A stretch of DNA of 64,000 nt from Felis catus (GCF_018350175.1 NC_058368.1:682001-746000); one strand, 5' to 3'. Positions 1-13,238 are shown, numbered from the stretch's first letter. Notes: generated by a model from the letters alone, not told the origin. A program made the numbers and translations.

Positions 1-39
1 CTGGGCAGCAGCCTGGACCACAGGAAGAGGTGTCACACT

Positions 40-1256
40 GCCCCCACCCCCAGCCAGCACACCACCTCCCCCCAGCCCTCCCACCAGCAGCGGCCAGCAA
101 GCCCTCCCCACCACTGCCCCCTCCCCCAGCAAGCCTACCCCCTCCCAGCCAGCCCACCTCCTCCCCTCCAGCCCTCCCACCACCTCCCCCCAGCCAGCCC
201 ACCAGTGCCAGCCAGCAAGCCCTCCCCACCACTGCCCCCACCCCCAGCCCCCCAACCACCTTCCCCCAGCCCTCCCACCACCTCCCCCTAGCCCTCCCAC
301 CACCTGCCCCCCATCCAGCCCACCACCTCCCCCCCAGCCAGCCCACCACCTCCCCCCAGCCCTCCCACGACCTCCCCCCCAGCCAGCCCACCACCTCCTC
401 CCAGCCCTCCCACCACCTCCTTCCCAGCCAGCCCACGACCTCCCCCCTCAGCCCTCCCACCACCTCCCTCCCAGCCAGCCCACCACCTCCCCCCAGCCCT
501 CCCACAACCTCCCCCCCAGCCAGCCCACAACCTCTTCCTCCCAGCCCTCCCACCACCTCCCCCCCAGTCCTCCCACCACCTCCCCCCAGCCAGCCCACCA
601 GTGCCAGCCAGCAAGCCCTCCCCACCACTGCCCCCACCCCCAGCCCCCCAACCACCTTCCCCCAGCCCTCCCACCACCTCCCCCTAGCCCTCCCACCACC
701 TGCCCCCCATCCAGCCCACCACCTCCCCCCCAGCCAGCCCACCACCTCCCCCCAGCCCTCCCACGACCTCCCCCCCAGCCAGCCCACCACCTCCTCCCAG
801 CCCTCCCACCACCTCCCTCCCAGCCAGCCCACGACCTCCCCCCTCAGCCCTCCCACCACCTCCCTCCCAACCAGCCTACCACCTCCCCCCAGCCCTCCCA
901 CAACCTCCCCCCCAGCCAGCCCACAACCTCCTCCTCCCAGCCCTCCCACCACCTCCCCCCCAGTCCTCCCACCACCTCCCCCCAGGCAGCCCACCACCTC
1001 CCCCCCCAGCCAGCCCACCACCTCCCCCCCAGCCAGCCCACCACCTCCCCCCCAGCCAGCCCACCACCTCCTCCCAGCCCTCCCACCACCTTCCCCCAGC
1101 CAGCCCACCACCTCCCCCCACAGCCCTCCCACCACCTCCCCCCAGCCAGCCCACCAGTGCCAGCCAGCAAGCCCTCCCCACCACTGCCCCCTCCCCCAGC
1201 CAGCCCACCACCTCGCCCCAGCCCTCCTACCAGTGCCAGCCAGCAAGCCCTCCCCT
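40..1256. repeat. C-rich/G-rich hierarchical minisatellite (~22-nt monomers; 396-bp higher-order duplication)
   Basis: Alternating CAGCCAGCCCACCACCTCCCCC and CAGCCCTCCCACCACCTCCCCC monomers; the marker GTGCCAGCCAGCAAGCCC recurs at 205 and 601 (period 396) and again near 1157 and 1233. Confidence 0.9.
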
Positions 1257-1914
1257 TCTCTGACCTGCAGCTCTCCAGGTAGCTGCTTATGAGTACAGGA
1301 TATTTTCTCAGACCTGAGTGGACACAGAAGAGGAAGCGGGTGTGCAGTTTGGGATCCTGTGAAGAGAGGGATTCTTGGACAGCCCTTCTGCCCTGTGCAC
1401 TCCATTTCCACCCTGCCTCCCCTGGCCCCCAGCCTCAGTGCAGCTCGCACAGTACCCTGACCCCCTACTAATCGCAGAGAAGGGTGTGGAAGAGGAGAAG
1501 AGTGAGGTTGGAAGCCTGAGCAAGTGACAATGGAGCAGGGGAAGGAGAGCCACTTGGGACCGGCATTTAAAGCCCTGGGCCGGGATGGGGTGGGGGTCAA
1601 AAGGTTAGGGCCTGGTGGGTATTCACTGTCACTGGTAGAGGTACCACTTGTGAGGGTGATCCCTAGGGGAGTGTGGAACCCCTCCCCCCATTCTTACTGT
1701 TTCTCTTGGCTTCACTTTTGTCCCCCTCTCCCTGACTTGGTGCTCTAGTGCACCTCATTAGGGTTTGTGACCAGAGTTTGGATGAGTTTGAATTTGAATG
1801 AATTGAGTTTGTATTTCTAGCACCCAGGTTTTTACATGTTTGGGGTTTGGGGTGTTTTTAGGTTGTCATCCTTGATAAAGGAAGTGTATCCATCAAAAAG
1901 AAAAAGAGAAATAG

Positions 1915-3510
1915 GGAGCTGAACCATGTGAACATCTGGGGGTTGCTCATTCCAGGTAGAGGCAACAGCATGTGAAAGGGCCCTGTGGTGGGAGCAAGCC
2001 TGATATGGTCAGGGACATCAAGGAGGCCACTGTGGCTAGAGCAGAGTGGAAGGGGAAAGCATGGCAGCAGATTGGGTCAGAAAGGTGGTGTGGGGGTCAG
2101 TTCACGTCAGGATACAGGACAAGTTATTGTCCTTAGTTCTGAGTAAAATGGAAGCCACTAGAAGATGTTTGGCAGAGGAGTGATATGATCTGACCTGTTT
2201 TATTAGGATCATACTAGCTGCCATGTTGAGAACAGTATGAAGAAGGTCAGTTGGGAGACATCTTAGGTCACGTGGTCTGGAAAACAGACTCCAGGTAAAA
2301 ATTTGTTCTCAGGAAGCTTGTTGGGAAGTGCTCCTGTAAGAGAGTGAGGGAATCAGGACGTGGCAAAAGGAGACATTGAGCCGTGACACCTCTAGCATAT
2401 AATGCATATGAGTCCTCAGATGATCTCAGAGGGAGCTGCGAAGCTGGGATAGCCCCTCAGAGATATTCTGAATTGAGGCCGGGTGCCAAGCTTTGTGCTC
2501 ACAGAGGCATCAGTCACTGGATGTGGCTGCCTGTGGAGAGGGGTCGTAATCTTGGGTGAGGCGGTCCACCTTTTGCTGAGTACCGTCTGGGGAAGGACTC
2601 AGCAGAGGACACTCCCAGCAGCCTTGGTCCTGAAAAGGACAACTGGGAGCATGTCATAGCACCAAACGTAGGTGACCATTCAAGCGATTCGTTCAAGGAT
2701 GACGGTTAACAATGGGGGTGGGTAAGAAATGATTTGGTCTGGCAAAGGATTGAAGGTAGAACCAGTAAGATTTGCTGATGGACATGAACACTAGAGAAAG
2801 TCGAGTGTCAAGAATGAAGCCAAGGTTCTTGTCCTGAGCAACTAGAAGGACTGATCACGTTTGCACGTACTGAAATGGGGAAGGTGGTAGGAGGGCAACT
2901 TGGGAGGACTGTCAGGAAGCCATCCTCAGTCGCATCACACGAGACGCTGATGTCCAGATGGAAACGCTGAGCAGGAAGTTAGGCATTTGAGTCTAGAGTG
3001 CAGGGAAAAGTTAATTCCCAGCGGAGTCGTAACTGGGGAAGTTGCCAGCACTTAGGTTCTGTTTAAAGTCCTGTGTCCCCTTTAGATCACCAAGAGAATA
3101 GGTAGGGAGGGAAGACCAACATGCCGTGGGTTGGGAGAGGAGGCTGGTCAGCAAAGGAGACAGAGAGGGAATGGCCAGTGAGACACCCGGGGGGCCTGGG
3201 TCTCCGGAAAAATGATAATTCTGTCAAAGGCTGCTGACGGATCAGGTAGAGTCAAGGCCGAGACTTGACCTTTGGATTCAGCAATAAGGAGATCATCGAC
3301 AATCTTGACAATTGCCTCTTTGATGGAGCAGTGGGTGTGAAAGCCTAATTAGAGTGAGTGCCAAAGAAAATGGGGGGAAAGAGGAGAGAAAATGAGACCG
3401 TGGCTGAAGAGAAGTGGAATCAGATTGGTTTCCTTTTTCTTTTAAGATGAGAGAAATCATGGCACGTGTGTGAGCCAGTGCACGAGAAAAACACTGATGA
3501 TCCAGTAGAG
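1915..3510 (-). mobile_element. Old L2 LINE fragments, interrupted by an LTR
   Basis: Typical antisense L2 text (GGAAGCCACTAGAAGATG...GATCTGACCTG, GAGCAACTAGAAGG, GACTTGACCTTTGGATTCAGCA); boundaries approximate. Confidence 0.6.
2260..2660. mobile_element. ERVL-class LTR remnant (LTR16/LTR33-like)
   Basis: TCTTAGGTC...AAACAGACTCC...GGGAGCTGCGAAGCTGGGATAGCCCCTCAGAG resembles ERVL LTR consensus as recalled; the L2 resumes afterwards. Confidence 0.45.
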
Positions 3511-3519
3511 GGAGTGTGA

Positions 3520-3925
3520 GATGTGTGTTCACACCCCCAAGCAGTAACTCAGTTCTGACACTGTCTGCCTGGAAATAGTGTCCAGTCCCACAGGTTAGTC
3601 CCGCAGGACTGCCCTCCTCCCCTGCTGTCACTTCAGAGGCTGGTCCCGGGTCCCACAGAGCCTGATGCGGGGCTCTAACTCAGGAATTGCGAGATCATGA
3701 CCTGAGCCGAAGTCAGCCACTTAACTGACTGAGCCACCCAGGCGCCCCTCCAGAAGTCACCTCTCTAACATAAACTCGGATGTGGTTGAAAGGGGTTTGT
3801 TATGAATATGGAGATGCCCACATTGTTCTTCTCACTTGGGAGATGCTGAGGGCTGTGGGAACTCTGTGCGAGAAACAGGCACGAAGACCGAATACGTATT
3901 TCTTGTTCTAAATCACAGTGGCACA
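3520..3925. mobile_element. MER21-like LTR remnant containing a partial minus-strand SINE (~3653-3749)
   Basis: CAGTTCTGACACTGTCTGCCTGGAAATAG...CCCACAGGTTAGTCCC...ACTTCAGA and GTGGTTGAAAGGGGTTTGTTATGAATA...TAAATCACAG motifs. Confidence 0.6.
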
Positions 3926-4479
3926 GCGGGGAGTGGTACCCCTTCTGTAGCAGGACTGAGGGGGAGAGGTAATGCTCAAGTGCCATGCTGGGCCACAGCC
4001 AGAAGTTCACAGCTAGTGCCCCCAAGGTCATGGGACAGAAAGTCAAGCTCATGGGCACACATGCGGGTTGACTGCCAGTGTGCCGTGAAGGTTGTTTTCT
4101 AAGATTTGACCTCATCGTTGGCTCCTAACACTAAAGGCTGCACTGAACGGCTATCAAGACCTCTTAGGAAGATAAAAACATCTGAGTCTGGTATTGGGAT
4201 ATTCCTCTCTCTGCAGAGGGAAATCAGATTACCTGTCACGGTCACCTTAAACTGGGGAAATGGGTGTGGTGGGTGGAGCGGGTGTGCTGTGTGTGATATT
4301 CGTACTAGTTTGCATACATCTGATCATTGCCTTCCGGCCACTCTGATCCAAACCCTCATCCCAGAGGCGGTTCAGGGAAATGTCATAGACTTTGTCTCTG
4401 TCCTGGTGTGGACTCCTCGTAAATGTTCTACTATATATTAATCTCTTTGGAGCCACGTAGGAGCTGTGACCCCATGGTT

Positions 4480-4880
4480 ACCACTTCCTATGAGTCAGGC
4501 CCTGGATTGAGTTTTTCACAGGCTGTATTTAATTCTCCCCAAAACTCTGTGACGTGGCCGCTGTGATTATGCCCATTGTTTAGATGAGGGATCTGATGTG
4601 CGGAGATGTTAACTGTATGATAAAGCACAGATTTCAACGCAGATCATTGTGACTCGCGAGGCCAGCCTCCTCAACCAGCGGTCTAGCGCAGAGAATCCGG
4701 AGTTCGAAAGACTTAGCTTCATATCCTCGCTCATTCTATTCTAGCTCTGCGACCTTGAGGAAATTATTTAACTTCTTTGTGCCTCAGTTTCTTCATATGT
4801 AAAATTGTGAGGATTAAATATAGTGAATGTAAAGTAGGGCATTTTTTCATAAGCAGTAGATACAAAACAAATGGTGATTA
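4480..4880. mobile_element. Two adjacent MIR fragments in opposite orientation
   Basis: CCCATTGTTTAGATGAGGGATCTGA (minus core) and GTGCCTCAGTTTCTTCATATGTAAAAT (plus core). Confidence 0.6.
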
Positions 4881-5922
4881 TGTTAAAAGGAGAGTCATGT
4901 ATACATTACTGTGGATTAGAAAACTTCTGCCATTTGATATTTTAAACCTGATGAAGATTTTTTCCATGGGGAAGTTTGCCCAAAAAATAACTCCTGATTT
5001 AGCAGTGAATTTTCCACTAATTTGTGATTAGACAGCCGGCCTGTAGGTTGACTTTGAATATCCAAACAGAGGCCCAAGAGCAGGGACTTGTATATTCATG
5101 GCTCACTTACTTGACTCTTAGAATGAGTTTAATGTTTTTAGTTTAGTAATAAAACTAAAATAGTAGTTTCATCTGAAGGAGGAAAATTAAGATGTCAAAA
5201 ATTAGTACCACTGTATTTATTTCTCTTCTAAGACCTAGTAAAAATACTTTTATCATCATTATCAAATATTCCTTGCTTTCTGAGTGCCCAGTCATACAAT
5301 TAATTACAGAGAGAGTGAAGCTGCAATAGGCCTAACCCCTGGGAGCTCCCATGCGAAGACAGACCTGCTGACTAGATGCAGGCAGGACATGCACAGAGGA
5401 GGATGAAAACATTAACCTAAACCAAAAGACAGTTAGACAGTGATCCTATCCATCAGTTACAGGCGGAGCGTAGGTGCCCTTGCGGGGTTTTGTAAAACTG
5501 GATATCCTAGAGACAGATGAAGAGAGTTCCATGCACGGGAGCGCGTGATAGCCTCCTGGTCAGCGATCTGTGTGACTCCTCTGCCGGGTGCTCTCTGACC
5601 TTCTACAATGGCTTGGAGTCACCAGACACCCAAGAAACTCTGGGATTCAATCCTTTGGGGTTATCTTGGGCCATGGCCAGTCCCCAGTTCCAGGGAGCTG
5701 CCTGGTGAGCAGATGGCTGCCACCAGCTGGTGAGGCCTTTGTTTGAAGCACCCTGGAGGGTGCTGACCTGATGATTTGGAGAAAATCAAATTCTTTTTTA
5801 AATGGATGTGCCTTGAATTTTTTCTCTGGTGTGGCACATTTTTTCTCTGGGGGCAGCCCAGTTTACTGTGAATCTGGTTGTGGACAGCTTTTTTGTATAA
5901 GTTCATAACCTTTATTCTTTTT

Positions 5923-6124
5923 TGTTTTGTTTTATTTGTTTATTTTGAGAGAGAAAGAGAGCAAGCAGGGGAGGGGCAGAGAGAGAGGGAGACAGAATCC
6001 CAAGCAGGCTCCGTGCTGTCAGCTCAGAGCCTGAAGAAGGGTTCGATCTCAGGAACCATGAGATCATGACCTGAGCCTAGATCAAGACTCAGACACTTAA
6101 CAGACTGAGCCACCCAGCCATCCC
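5923..6124 (-). mobile_element. CAN-SINE (SINEC)
   Basis: Reverse-complement SINE body; TSD ACCTTTATTCTTTTT at 5908-5922 and from 6125. Confidence 0.9.
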
Positions 6125-6896
6125 ACCTTTATTCTTTTTAATTTTTCATTTCACTCTCTTCCCAGAGGTTATTAATGACAAACGGTTAAATATTTTTTCC
6201 TCATTATTGCCACATGTTTAAATGTTACTGTTTATTATATGTCTAGGTGTTTTGCTTTGTTTTTTTAATTTTCAAATGTTTAAAGACTGGCCTTTTCTTA
6301 AGCAAGGGAGTGATGTGATGAACACAGTCCATTTAGTAAAATTAATCTGATAGGAATAGAGACAGCATGTAGGAGTGGAAAAGAGTTGATTCAGGAGTCG
6401 TCTAGACAGGAAGAAATGAGCATGGATGAGAAAACCCATGGAGGGCTGTGCACAGAGAGGTAAAGGAAGAAGTGTCAAGACCTGAAAACAGGCCAGATAT
6501 AAGAACCCTTCTGGAATAGTGTCTGGGCCCATGTGACACCAAGGAGAGATCAAGATCCACACATGAAGGGACCACTATGTTGCCGCCTTAATGGAAGTTG
6601 CATTGCTTCTGTTAAGCCATTGTTTACAATATTGTAATACTAGTGACTTTTATTCTAGCCATGTGTGTATGAATTTCCTAAAGATGTAGCTACTATGTTT
6701 TATAATGTAACATGGACTCTACACCATAACTGTAGAATGCTCTAGCCCCTGAAGCCAGCATTGGGAGTTTGAGGGACATGATGCAAATTCAAGCAATTGA
6801 AAGAAAATATACATTGTAGTTTCCATTAATAATTGTTCCTGCAAATGTTGTTCCATATGGTTTCATCAAGTACATGGATTTTTTGTTCTTCTTCAG

Positions 6897-7028
6897 GTCA
6901 TTGTTTTTCAGACATATACAAATCAAAGTTCTGTGCCCATTGAGGCAAAATATATTTTTCCCTTGGATGATAAGGCAGCTGTCTGTGGTTTTGAAGCATT
7001 CATCAATGGGAAACACATAGTAGGAGAG
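6897..7028 (+). CDS. PARP4: PARP4 exon (VIT domain), 132 nt, phase 0-0
   Basis: ttcttcttcag|GTCATT...GGAGAG|gtaagg; VIVFQTYTNQSSVPIEAKYIFPLDDKAAVCGFEAFINGKHIVGE. Confidence 0.96.
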
Positions 7029-7802
7029 GTAAGGGGAGAAAATGCACTGCGATCGCTCTTTGGTTTCAAAGTAAGTTTCCCATTTACTCAAATGTTTCTC
7101 ATCTGAGTCCCCATAGCTATAAGGTTGAGTAGCAACCTTGTCATAAGACAGAAATAATCTTTGAAGAACCAAGCACTTGGGCAGTTGGCTTCCTGGGACA
7201 CATCCCTCCCTGATTAACTGGTTTCTGTTCCTGTCTGTCCAGTGTTCATCAGTCAGTGCCTTGCAAATTCTTTGCCTAGCACTTCAGAAAAGATCAATTT
7301 CAGTATCAAAAGTTTAAGAGAGGCACATAGGAAAATTGGTGAAGCCCTTATACAGTTTTGCAAACAATGACCCTCTGCGCCCTGCTGTAACAGACAGACT
7401 GAGGTGATGGCTATTGTTGTAAGAAAGGGTGTACCAAAAGAAATAACAAGTGATACATTCTTTGTTTATTCTAAGGATTAGCCCACAATTGCAATAACTG
7501 CTATTTTGTTAAATTTAAGATTTAACTTATTATTTTTGTTCAACATAAAATCCCAATCAAATATTTTTTTCACTATTGACTGTGAAATATTTTGGTCCCA
7601 ACATCATCATTTTGGCCTTTTAATATTCAAATTCTTATTAGGTAATTACATGTTAATGACCACTTTATATAGGTTTCATTTCACCTTAGATGCTTAGTTT
7701 TCTGGTTTTGCATAGGTTTTAATAAATATTGATGAAGTTTTTCTTGTTAAAGTCTGAAATCACTATTCATGTTATGACTGGCTTGAAAATAATCTTTTCC
7801 AG

Positions 7803-7889
7803 GTTAAAGAGAAGGAAGCAGCCCACCGTGAATACCGAGAAGCCATCAGTCAAGGCCATGGCGCTTACTTGATGGACCAGGATGCACCC
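7803..7889 (+). CDS. PARP4: PARP4 exon (VIT domain), 87 nt, phase 0-0
   Basis: tcttttccag|GTTAAA...GCACCC|gtaggg; VKEKEAAHREYREAISQGHGAYLMDQDAP. Confidence 0.94.
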
Positions 7890-8213
7890 GTAGGGCTTGA
7901 TATTCATGCATTCCTCTAACATACTTACCAGAAGGGAGAAAGAATTGGAATAGGACTTGAAACATGAAATTCATAGTAGAAACTGGGATAATTTATGCTG
8001 TTTTAGGCCTAGAGTTTAACTTGCCATTAGTGAGGGGAGGTCAAGCTGGTCAGAACCATTTGGCTCACCTGAATGTGGGAGGAAACGGTGTCAGAATTGC
8101 CAAACAAATAAGAACAGCTACTTCTGTCCTTGGGAACAGAGTTTCCCAGAAGTGACAATGAAAAGACATTTGGGGTACGTAATCTTCATCTTCTGGTAAA
8201 AGAGTGTAATATA

Positions 8214-8550
8214 CAGTTGACCATTGAACAACACAGGTTTGAACTGCATAGATGCACTTTTAGGCAGATTTTTTTGGATAAATACAGTACAGCCTTGTAA
8301 ATTTATTTTGTCTTCCTTATGATTTTCTTAGGAACAGTTTCTTTTCTCCAACTTACTTCATTGTAAGATTATAGTATATAACATATAGCATGCAAAACAT
8401 GTGGTAATTGACTGTTTATGTTATCAGTAAGGCTTCCAGTCAGCAATAGGCTATTAGTAGTTAAATCTTTAGGGAGCAAAAGTTATAAGCAGATTTTTGG
8501 CTGTATGGGGATCAGTACCCTTAACCCCCATGTTGTTCAAGGGTCCACTG
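8214..8550. mobile_element. Tigger2-derived MITE (TcMar-Tigger; Tigger2a-like)
   Basis: TIRs CAGTTGACCATTGAACAACA and TGTTGTTCAAGGGTCCACTG (18/20), flanked by TA on both sides. Confidence 0.88.
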
Positions 8551-8977
8551 TATATGCATTTTTCTTAGAACTAAGCCTACCTAGCAATTTATCCAGTTTC
8601 CACCACATCATATCCCAGGGAGGCATTTCTGCAGAGTCCGGAGACAGGTCCAGATTCTTTTCATTCTGATTAATTGCTTTCATAGGGATAAAATTGTGGA
8701 GAATCTGGAAGCAGGTACAGTTACCATGCCTACTAGATTTCTTCTTTTGAAAGATAAGCAGGAATTCTCCAGGTAAACTAAGAGGTAAGGGCCTGCAGAC
8801 AGAGGGGAGACACATACACAGGCTGTAACAGACCTGAAAAAGCATGGTTCCTTGGGAAAATAGAAATATTTCGACTTGGCTGGAGTGACACTGATAAGAA
8901 TTGCCTTTGAGAAAGAACGCTCAAGTGGTGACGAGAAGGTTGGAGTGGCCTGAGGGACACCTCAGGGCAGGGGAGAT

Positions 8978-9257
8978 TGTCTAGTTTGCTAAGTTGGCTT
9001 TACCAACAAACACTTATTTCTTACAGTTCTGAAGGAAGGGAGGTCCAAAATGATGATGGTGGATTTCTTCCTGGTTTCCTCATATAGCAGAGAGTAGGTG
9101 CTAGTCTCTTCCTCTTCTTATGGGGACACTAATTCCATCATGAGGCCTCATTGAAACCTGCTTACTTCCCAAAGGCTGCACCTCCTAATACCATCCCAGT
9201 GGGTGTCAGGGTTTCAACCTATGGGTTTGGGGGGAACACAAACATGCAGACTGTCAC
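8978..9257. mobile_element. MaLR LTR (MLT1-like) inside L2-like sequence
   Basis: TTATTTCTTACAGTTCTG...TAATACCATC...GTTTCAACCTATGGGTTTGGGGGGAACACAAACATGCAGAC motifs. Confidence 0.65.
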
Positions 9258-10494
9258 GGAGAGGAGTTTGGTGGCCCTTGTGGTAATCTAGGCAAGAAGT
9301 GGGATGAGGGCCCAAACTAAACTACTAAGGTAGTGACGGTGGAAACGGAGAGGATGCAGCACATCCGAAAGATGCCAGGGCGGTGGAGTGCACAGACTGA
9401 AGCCAGATTGGAGGGTGTGGCAGGGAGAAACGAGTCAAGAGTAACACTGGGATCAGTGTGGCTGTTCATCAAGGCAGGGATTTGAGAGAAGCAGATCCTT
9501 CGTGGGTGTGGAAGTGACAGGTGCAGGAGGAGATGATGAGTCTAAGAGACTGATGGGACTTTGTAGGGACAGGTCCCTGAGACAGCTGGTCAGGCATCAG
9601 GAGAAAGGTCTGCACTGGGCGTGGGGATCTGGGAGTCATCGGGGGAGGCCCTAAATTGACATGGTGACACATTGGGCATCATGCAAGGATGCAGCCCTGG
9701 GACACCTGCCTTTAAGTGTTGGTTGGCAAAGGGAAAGCAGAAAAAGACCTGAGCTGCCATGCCCAGATTCCCTAGCTTTCTGGCTTGAGGAAGCTTAAGT
9801 CTAATTCAGCTTTAAAGTATACAGTGTTTTCTCTTCCTAAGATTCCTTGGATTAAGGCACAATAAAGAGTGTGTCAAAATTACTAGACTCAATTTTGCCT
9901 TGGTCCACATTTAGGATATATCTATCTAAATTAATCTTATATTTAGTGCATTTTGAAGTAAGGTTAAAAAGAACAAGGTGGAGTGGTCATGAAGTCCATA
10001 ACTGAAAATATGTTTAAAAACCACACGTACTTATTAGGTAATAGGTCGAAAGCTGATTTCGTTTCCCTCCCTTCCCCTCCAAACTGTTTCCTCCTCCTGT
10101 TTTTCTGGTGGTAATAATGGCGTCACCACTTACGCAGTCGACCAGGCGGGAACCCAGGGCATCACCCTTCGGTCCTCCCTTCCCTGTTGTCCATCATCCA
10201 TCTCCAAGTAATCATCTGTTCAGGTTTCTTACCAGCTTAGGAGGCCTGCCCATCTCACCACCTCTCCTATGGCCACTACTGTGGGGCCCACCGTCATCCC
10301 CTCAGCCCATCAGTACAGTGCCCAAGACCCTCCCAAGCCTGGCCTCACCTGCCTCAGCCTCATTGCACTACGTCCTTCCTCCCACTTCAAACCCCAGTGA
10401 GCCTGAGCTATTATTCGTCATCTTGAAAACATAATGCCATTTGCAGAGGCCCTCATTCTGGTTGGAATGTCCAGACTCCATCTGCTCACTTAAT

Positions 10495-10585
10495 TTCTTT
10501 TTTAAGTAAGCTTTATGGGACTTGAACTCATGACCCTGAGATCAAGAGTAGCATGCTCTACTGACTGAGTCAGCCAGGTGCCCCT
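10495..10585 (-). mobile_element. Short old CAN-SINE
   Basis: GAACTCATGACCCTGAGATCAAGAGT...CAGCCAGGTGCCCC. Confidence 0.75.
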
Positions 10586-12011
10586 GTTTGCTTAACTTAA
10601 AAGACACGTATATTTGAAAAGCCTTGGCTTCAGCGTCTCTCCACGTAAGGGAAAACTAAAGTTGTCCTTGCCTTCACCCAGGACCTTGCCTGCCACCCAA
10701 GCAGGACAGACCGCTGCTTTCTGCTCCTCTGGCAACAGTGCATATCTGCCTCACTACTCTTCATACACTATTTACAAAGATAGAGGTCTAGTTTGTCGTC
10801 CCAAATATTTAAGCAAGGAAGTAACAGAAAAGGGCAAATAAAGAGTTAATGAGGAAATGCAGAGGAAATTTCGAGGCCAAGTCGGAAGCTGAGAGAAGCT
10901 GAATCAAGGGCCCAGCCTCCGTGGACGGAAGCTGCCGAGTGAGGGCTAGCTTCCCTGTTACTCTAGACCAAGATGCTAGCCCCCTCGGAGCCCGTAGGGG
11001 AATCCACAGTTCCCGTGCCCCATCTGTCCCTTGAGGGGCTCGTCACTCTTTGGAATTCAGTTCACTTGGCTGCCTTGCAACTCAGTGTTCTGGCAGTTCA
11101 AGACAAGTTACAGTTTTGTAGATTATCCGGCTTGTTGCAACAGAAGTGACATCTTGCATCTGTAGCCTACATAGAAACGGAAGTGCAGCCCCACTCTATT
11201 CCGTGGCAGTCCCTCAAATGAGCCCCAGGTTTTTATGCACTTCTTTCAAGGACAAACACTGTTTACTAATCATCTCTCCATTGTTTATCCCTTCGTTGGA
11301 ATCCATTTCTTCATTGGGTGTTCTTGCAAATGGATATTATCATTAGTATTATATGCTCCTAAACATACTGAATTTCATGGCAGTACAGTCAAGCAGAACA
11401 GAAGATACGCTTGGGGTATTAAGAGCTTCTCTGTGTAGGATCAGAAAAAATAGATCTGTTCTGTCTTTTTTCTGCCCTAGTCATTCATGAGTCTGTCTCC
11501 TTATGCAGTGATTATAATGCCCCTTTAAAAGAAAATGAAATGCCTTTTCTAAATAAAATGATGAGTAAACTGTAGGGTGAGAGAATTAAGTGAGGACCAA
11601 GTTAGCGAGAACTGCTGAAGCTCTCCGGCTCCTGACAGAATTACTGCCAGATGCTGTGGAGGTCGGAGAGGCTACAGGCCCTTCCAGAAGGGGCTGTCTG
11701 GAGGCTGGCTGTGCAGAGCCCGTGCCCAGGGCCTCTGTGCGAGGACGAGGACGGTGAGGCTCCCCAGTCAGGGTGGGGTCCTGCTTCCAGGGGGCCTCCC
11801 CTCCCTCTGCCCTTTGTAGATGTCACACCGTTCCCACCCCTGGGGACCAGCTCCAGGATTCTCCTTTAGCACTACAAAACGGTATATGCCCATTTTCTGA
11901 GGAAGACTCTGGCAGATTGTAATTTAAGTGGCTCATGTAATAGGGGGGATTAACTAGCATAGAATGCATATGCTTTTGAGTGGAAAGATGAGTAATGTGT
12001 TTCTATTTCAG

Positions 12012-12176
12012 GATGTTTTTACTGTTAGTGTTGGAAATCTACCCCCTAAGGCCAAGGTCCTGATCAAAATTACCTACATCATGGAACTCAGCATCCAAGG
12101 CACCAGGGCCGTCTTCTTCATGCCCGCCACCGTAGCACCCTGGCAACAGGACAGAGCTTTGAATGAAAACAGTCAG
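12012..12176 (+). CDS. PARP4: PARP4 exon (end of VIT), 165 nt, phase 0-0
   Basis: tctatttcag|GATGTT...AGTCAG|gttcgt; DVFTVSVGNLPPKAKVLIKITYIMELSIQGTRAVFFMPATVAPWQQDRALNENSQ. Confidence 0.96.
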
Positions 12177-12838
12177 GTTCGTATGCTTAAGAAAGATTTA
12201 AAGAAGCTTTTTTTTGGTGATTTATTCACAGGGAAGAAAAAGTATCCAAAATAATCTAATCTTCGTGGTGCAAAATCCGTTTTGCTGGCATTTCTGCATT
12301 TAGATACAAGGCACAGTTACACTCAATGGGTATCATATTTTTATTCTGTTCAGTCACTTAAAAAATTTTTGTGTCTCTACTTACATGTTCATTATGAATA
12401 ATTTAGATAAGCATAAAGAATGCCAAGAAACCAAAGAGGAAAATTTAAACAACCCTTAATTCCATTGCCAAAGATAGTAGCCCAAAGCTACTGGTTAACA
12501 CTTTGTTCCTATTTTGTATGTATTTATATAAACTGTGTTTATATGTGTATATGTATATATAGGTGTATAGGTATATGTGTGCATATACACTCATAGAGAC
12601 ATATGTATAGTTGAAAATCTCTATTAAAATGGTCATAAATTATCCCCAATATCAGTTGCATTTTAGAAGTTACTGTTTTTCCATGACCAAATGTTCTGTG
12701 TCTCGCCACTCCAACATGAGACCAGCTGTCTCATAGCTGCTGTAGGTTGTGGCCTTGGCAACACTACTTTCAGCTTTGAGGTCTCATTGTGAAACTTAAT
12801 AGATACTTAGTTATACATGTATATTTTTCTTTTAACAG

Positions 12839-12885
12839 GATACAGTAGAGAAGATTTATGTAAAGGAAATAGGAACAAAGCAAAG
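12839..12885 (+). CDS. PARP4: PARP4 exon, 47 nt, phase 0-2
   Basis: ttttaacag|GATACA...CAAAG|gttagt; DTVEKIYVKEIGTKQ(S). Confidence 0.94.
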
Positions 12886-12946
12886 GTTAGTACCAAAAAT
12901 ATAAAACCCACCAGTCATTGAATGGACTGGTTTTAAATTTTCATTT

Positions 12947-12950
<4 letters not shown>

Positions 12951-13000
<50 letters not shown>

Positions 13001-13161
13001 TTACATATGTATTATATATATTTATTTGTATATAACTTTAAAATTATATATAAATATGTGTATTTAAATATGTATATTTAAATATGTATATTAAAATTAT
13101 ATATACATATTTATATACGCATATTTATATGTATATTATATATGTGTGTATATATATATAA
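12951..13161. repeat. (TA)n microsatellite and AT-rich degenerate repeat in a short PARP4 intron
   Basis: Pure (TA)n at ~12952-12993 followed by TATATG/TATTTA variants. Confidence 0.9.
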
Positions 13162-13238
13162 TTTTTAAAAATGACTACAAGTAGTTGTTTAATATTTAAG
13201 ATTATAGACTCAGACAACTTTCTCTTCTTTTTTGGTAG

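Noticed and set aside
40..1256. CRISPR-like or telomeric array
   Set aside because: No unique spacers and no TTAGGG units; eukaryotic intronic context.
30..1292. 420-aa Pro/Ser/Thr-rich ORF (mucin/extensin-like) and the Gly/Trp-rich antisense ORFs
   Set aside because: By-product of a C-rich minisatellite that rarely forms stop codons. It starts at GTG, monomers are not multiples of 3, and there is no convincing splice link to PARP4.
4106..4441. ORF containing QGNVIDFVS, faintly like the preceding PARP4 VIT exon (KGRIIDxVAQ)
   Set aside because: Similarity covers only a few residues and there is no phase-0 donor at the expected place. The real upstream exon is probably before the window.
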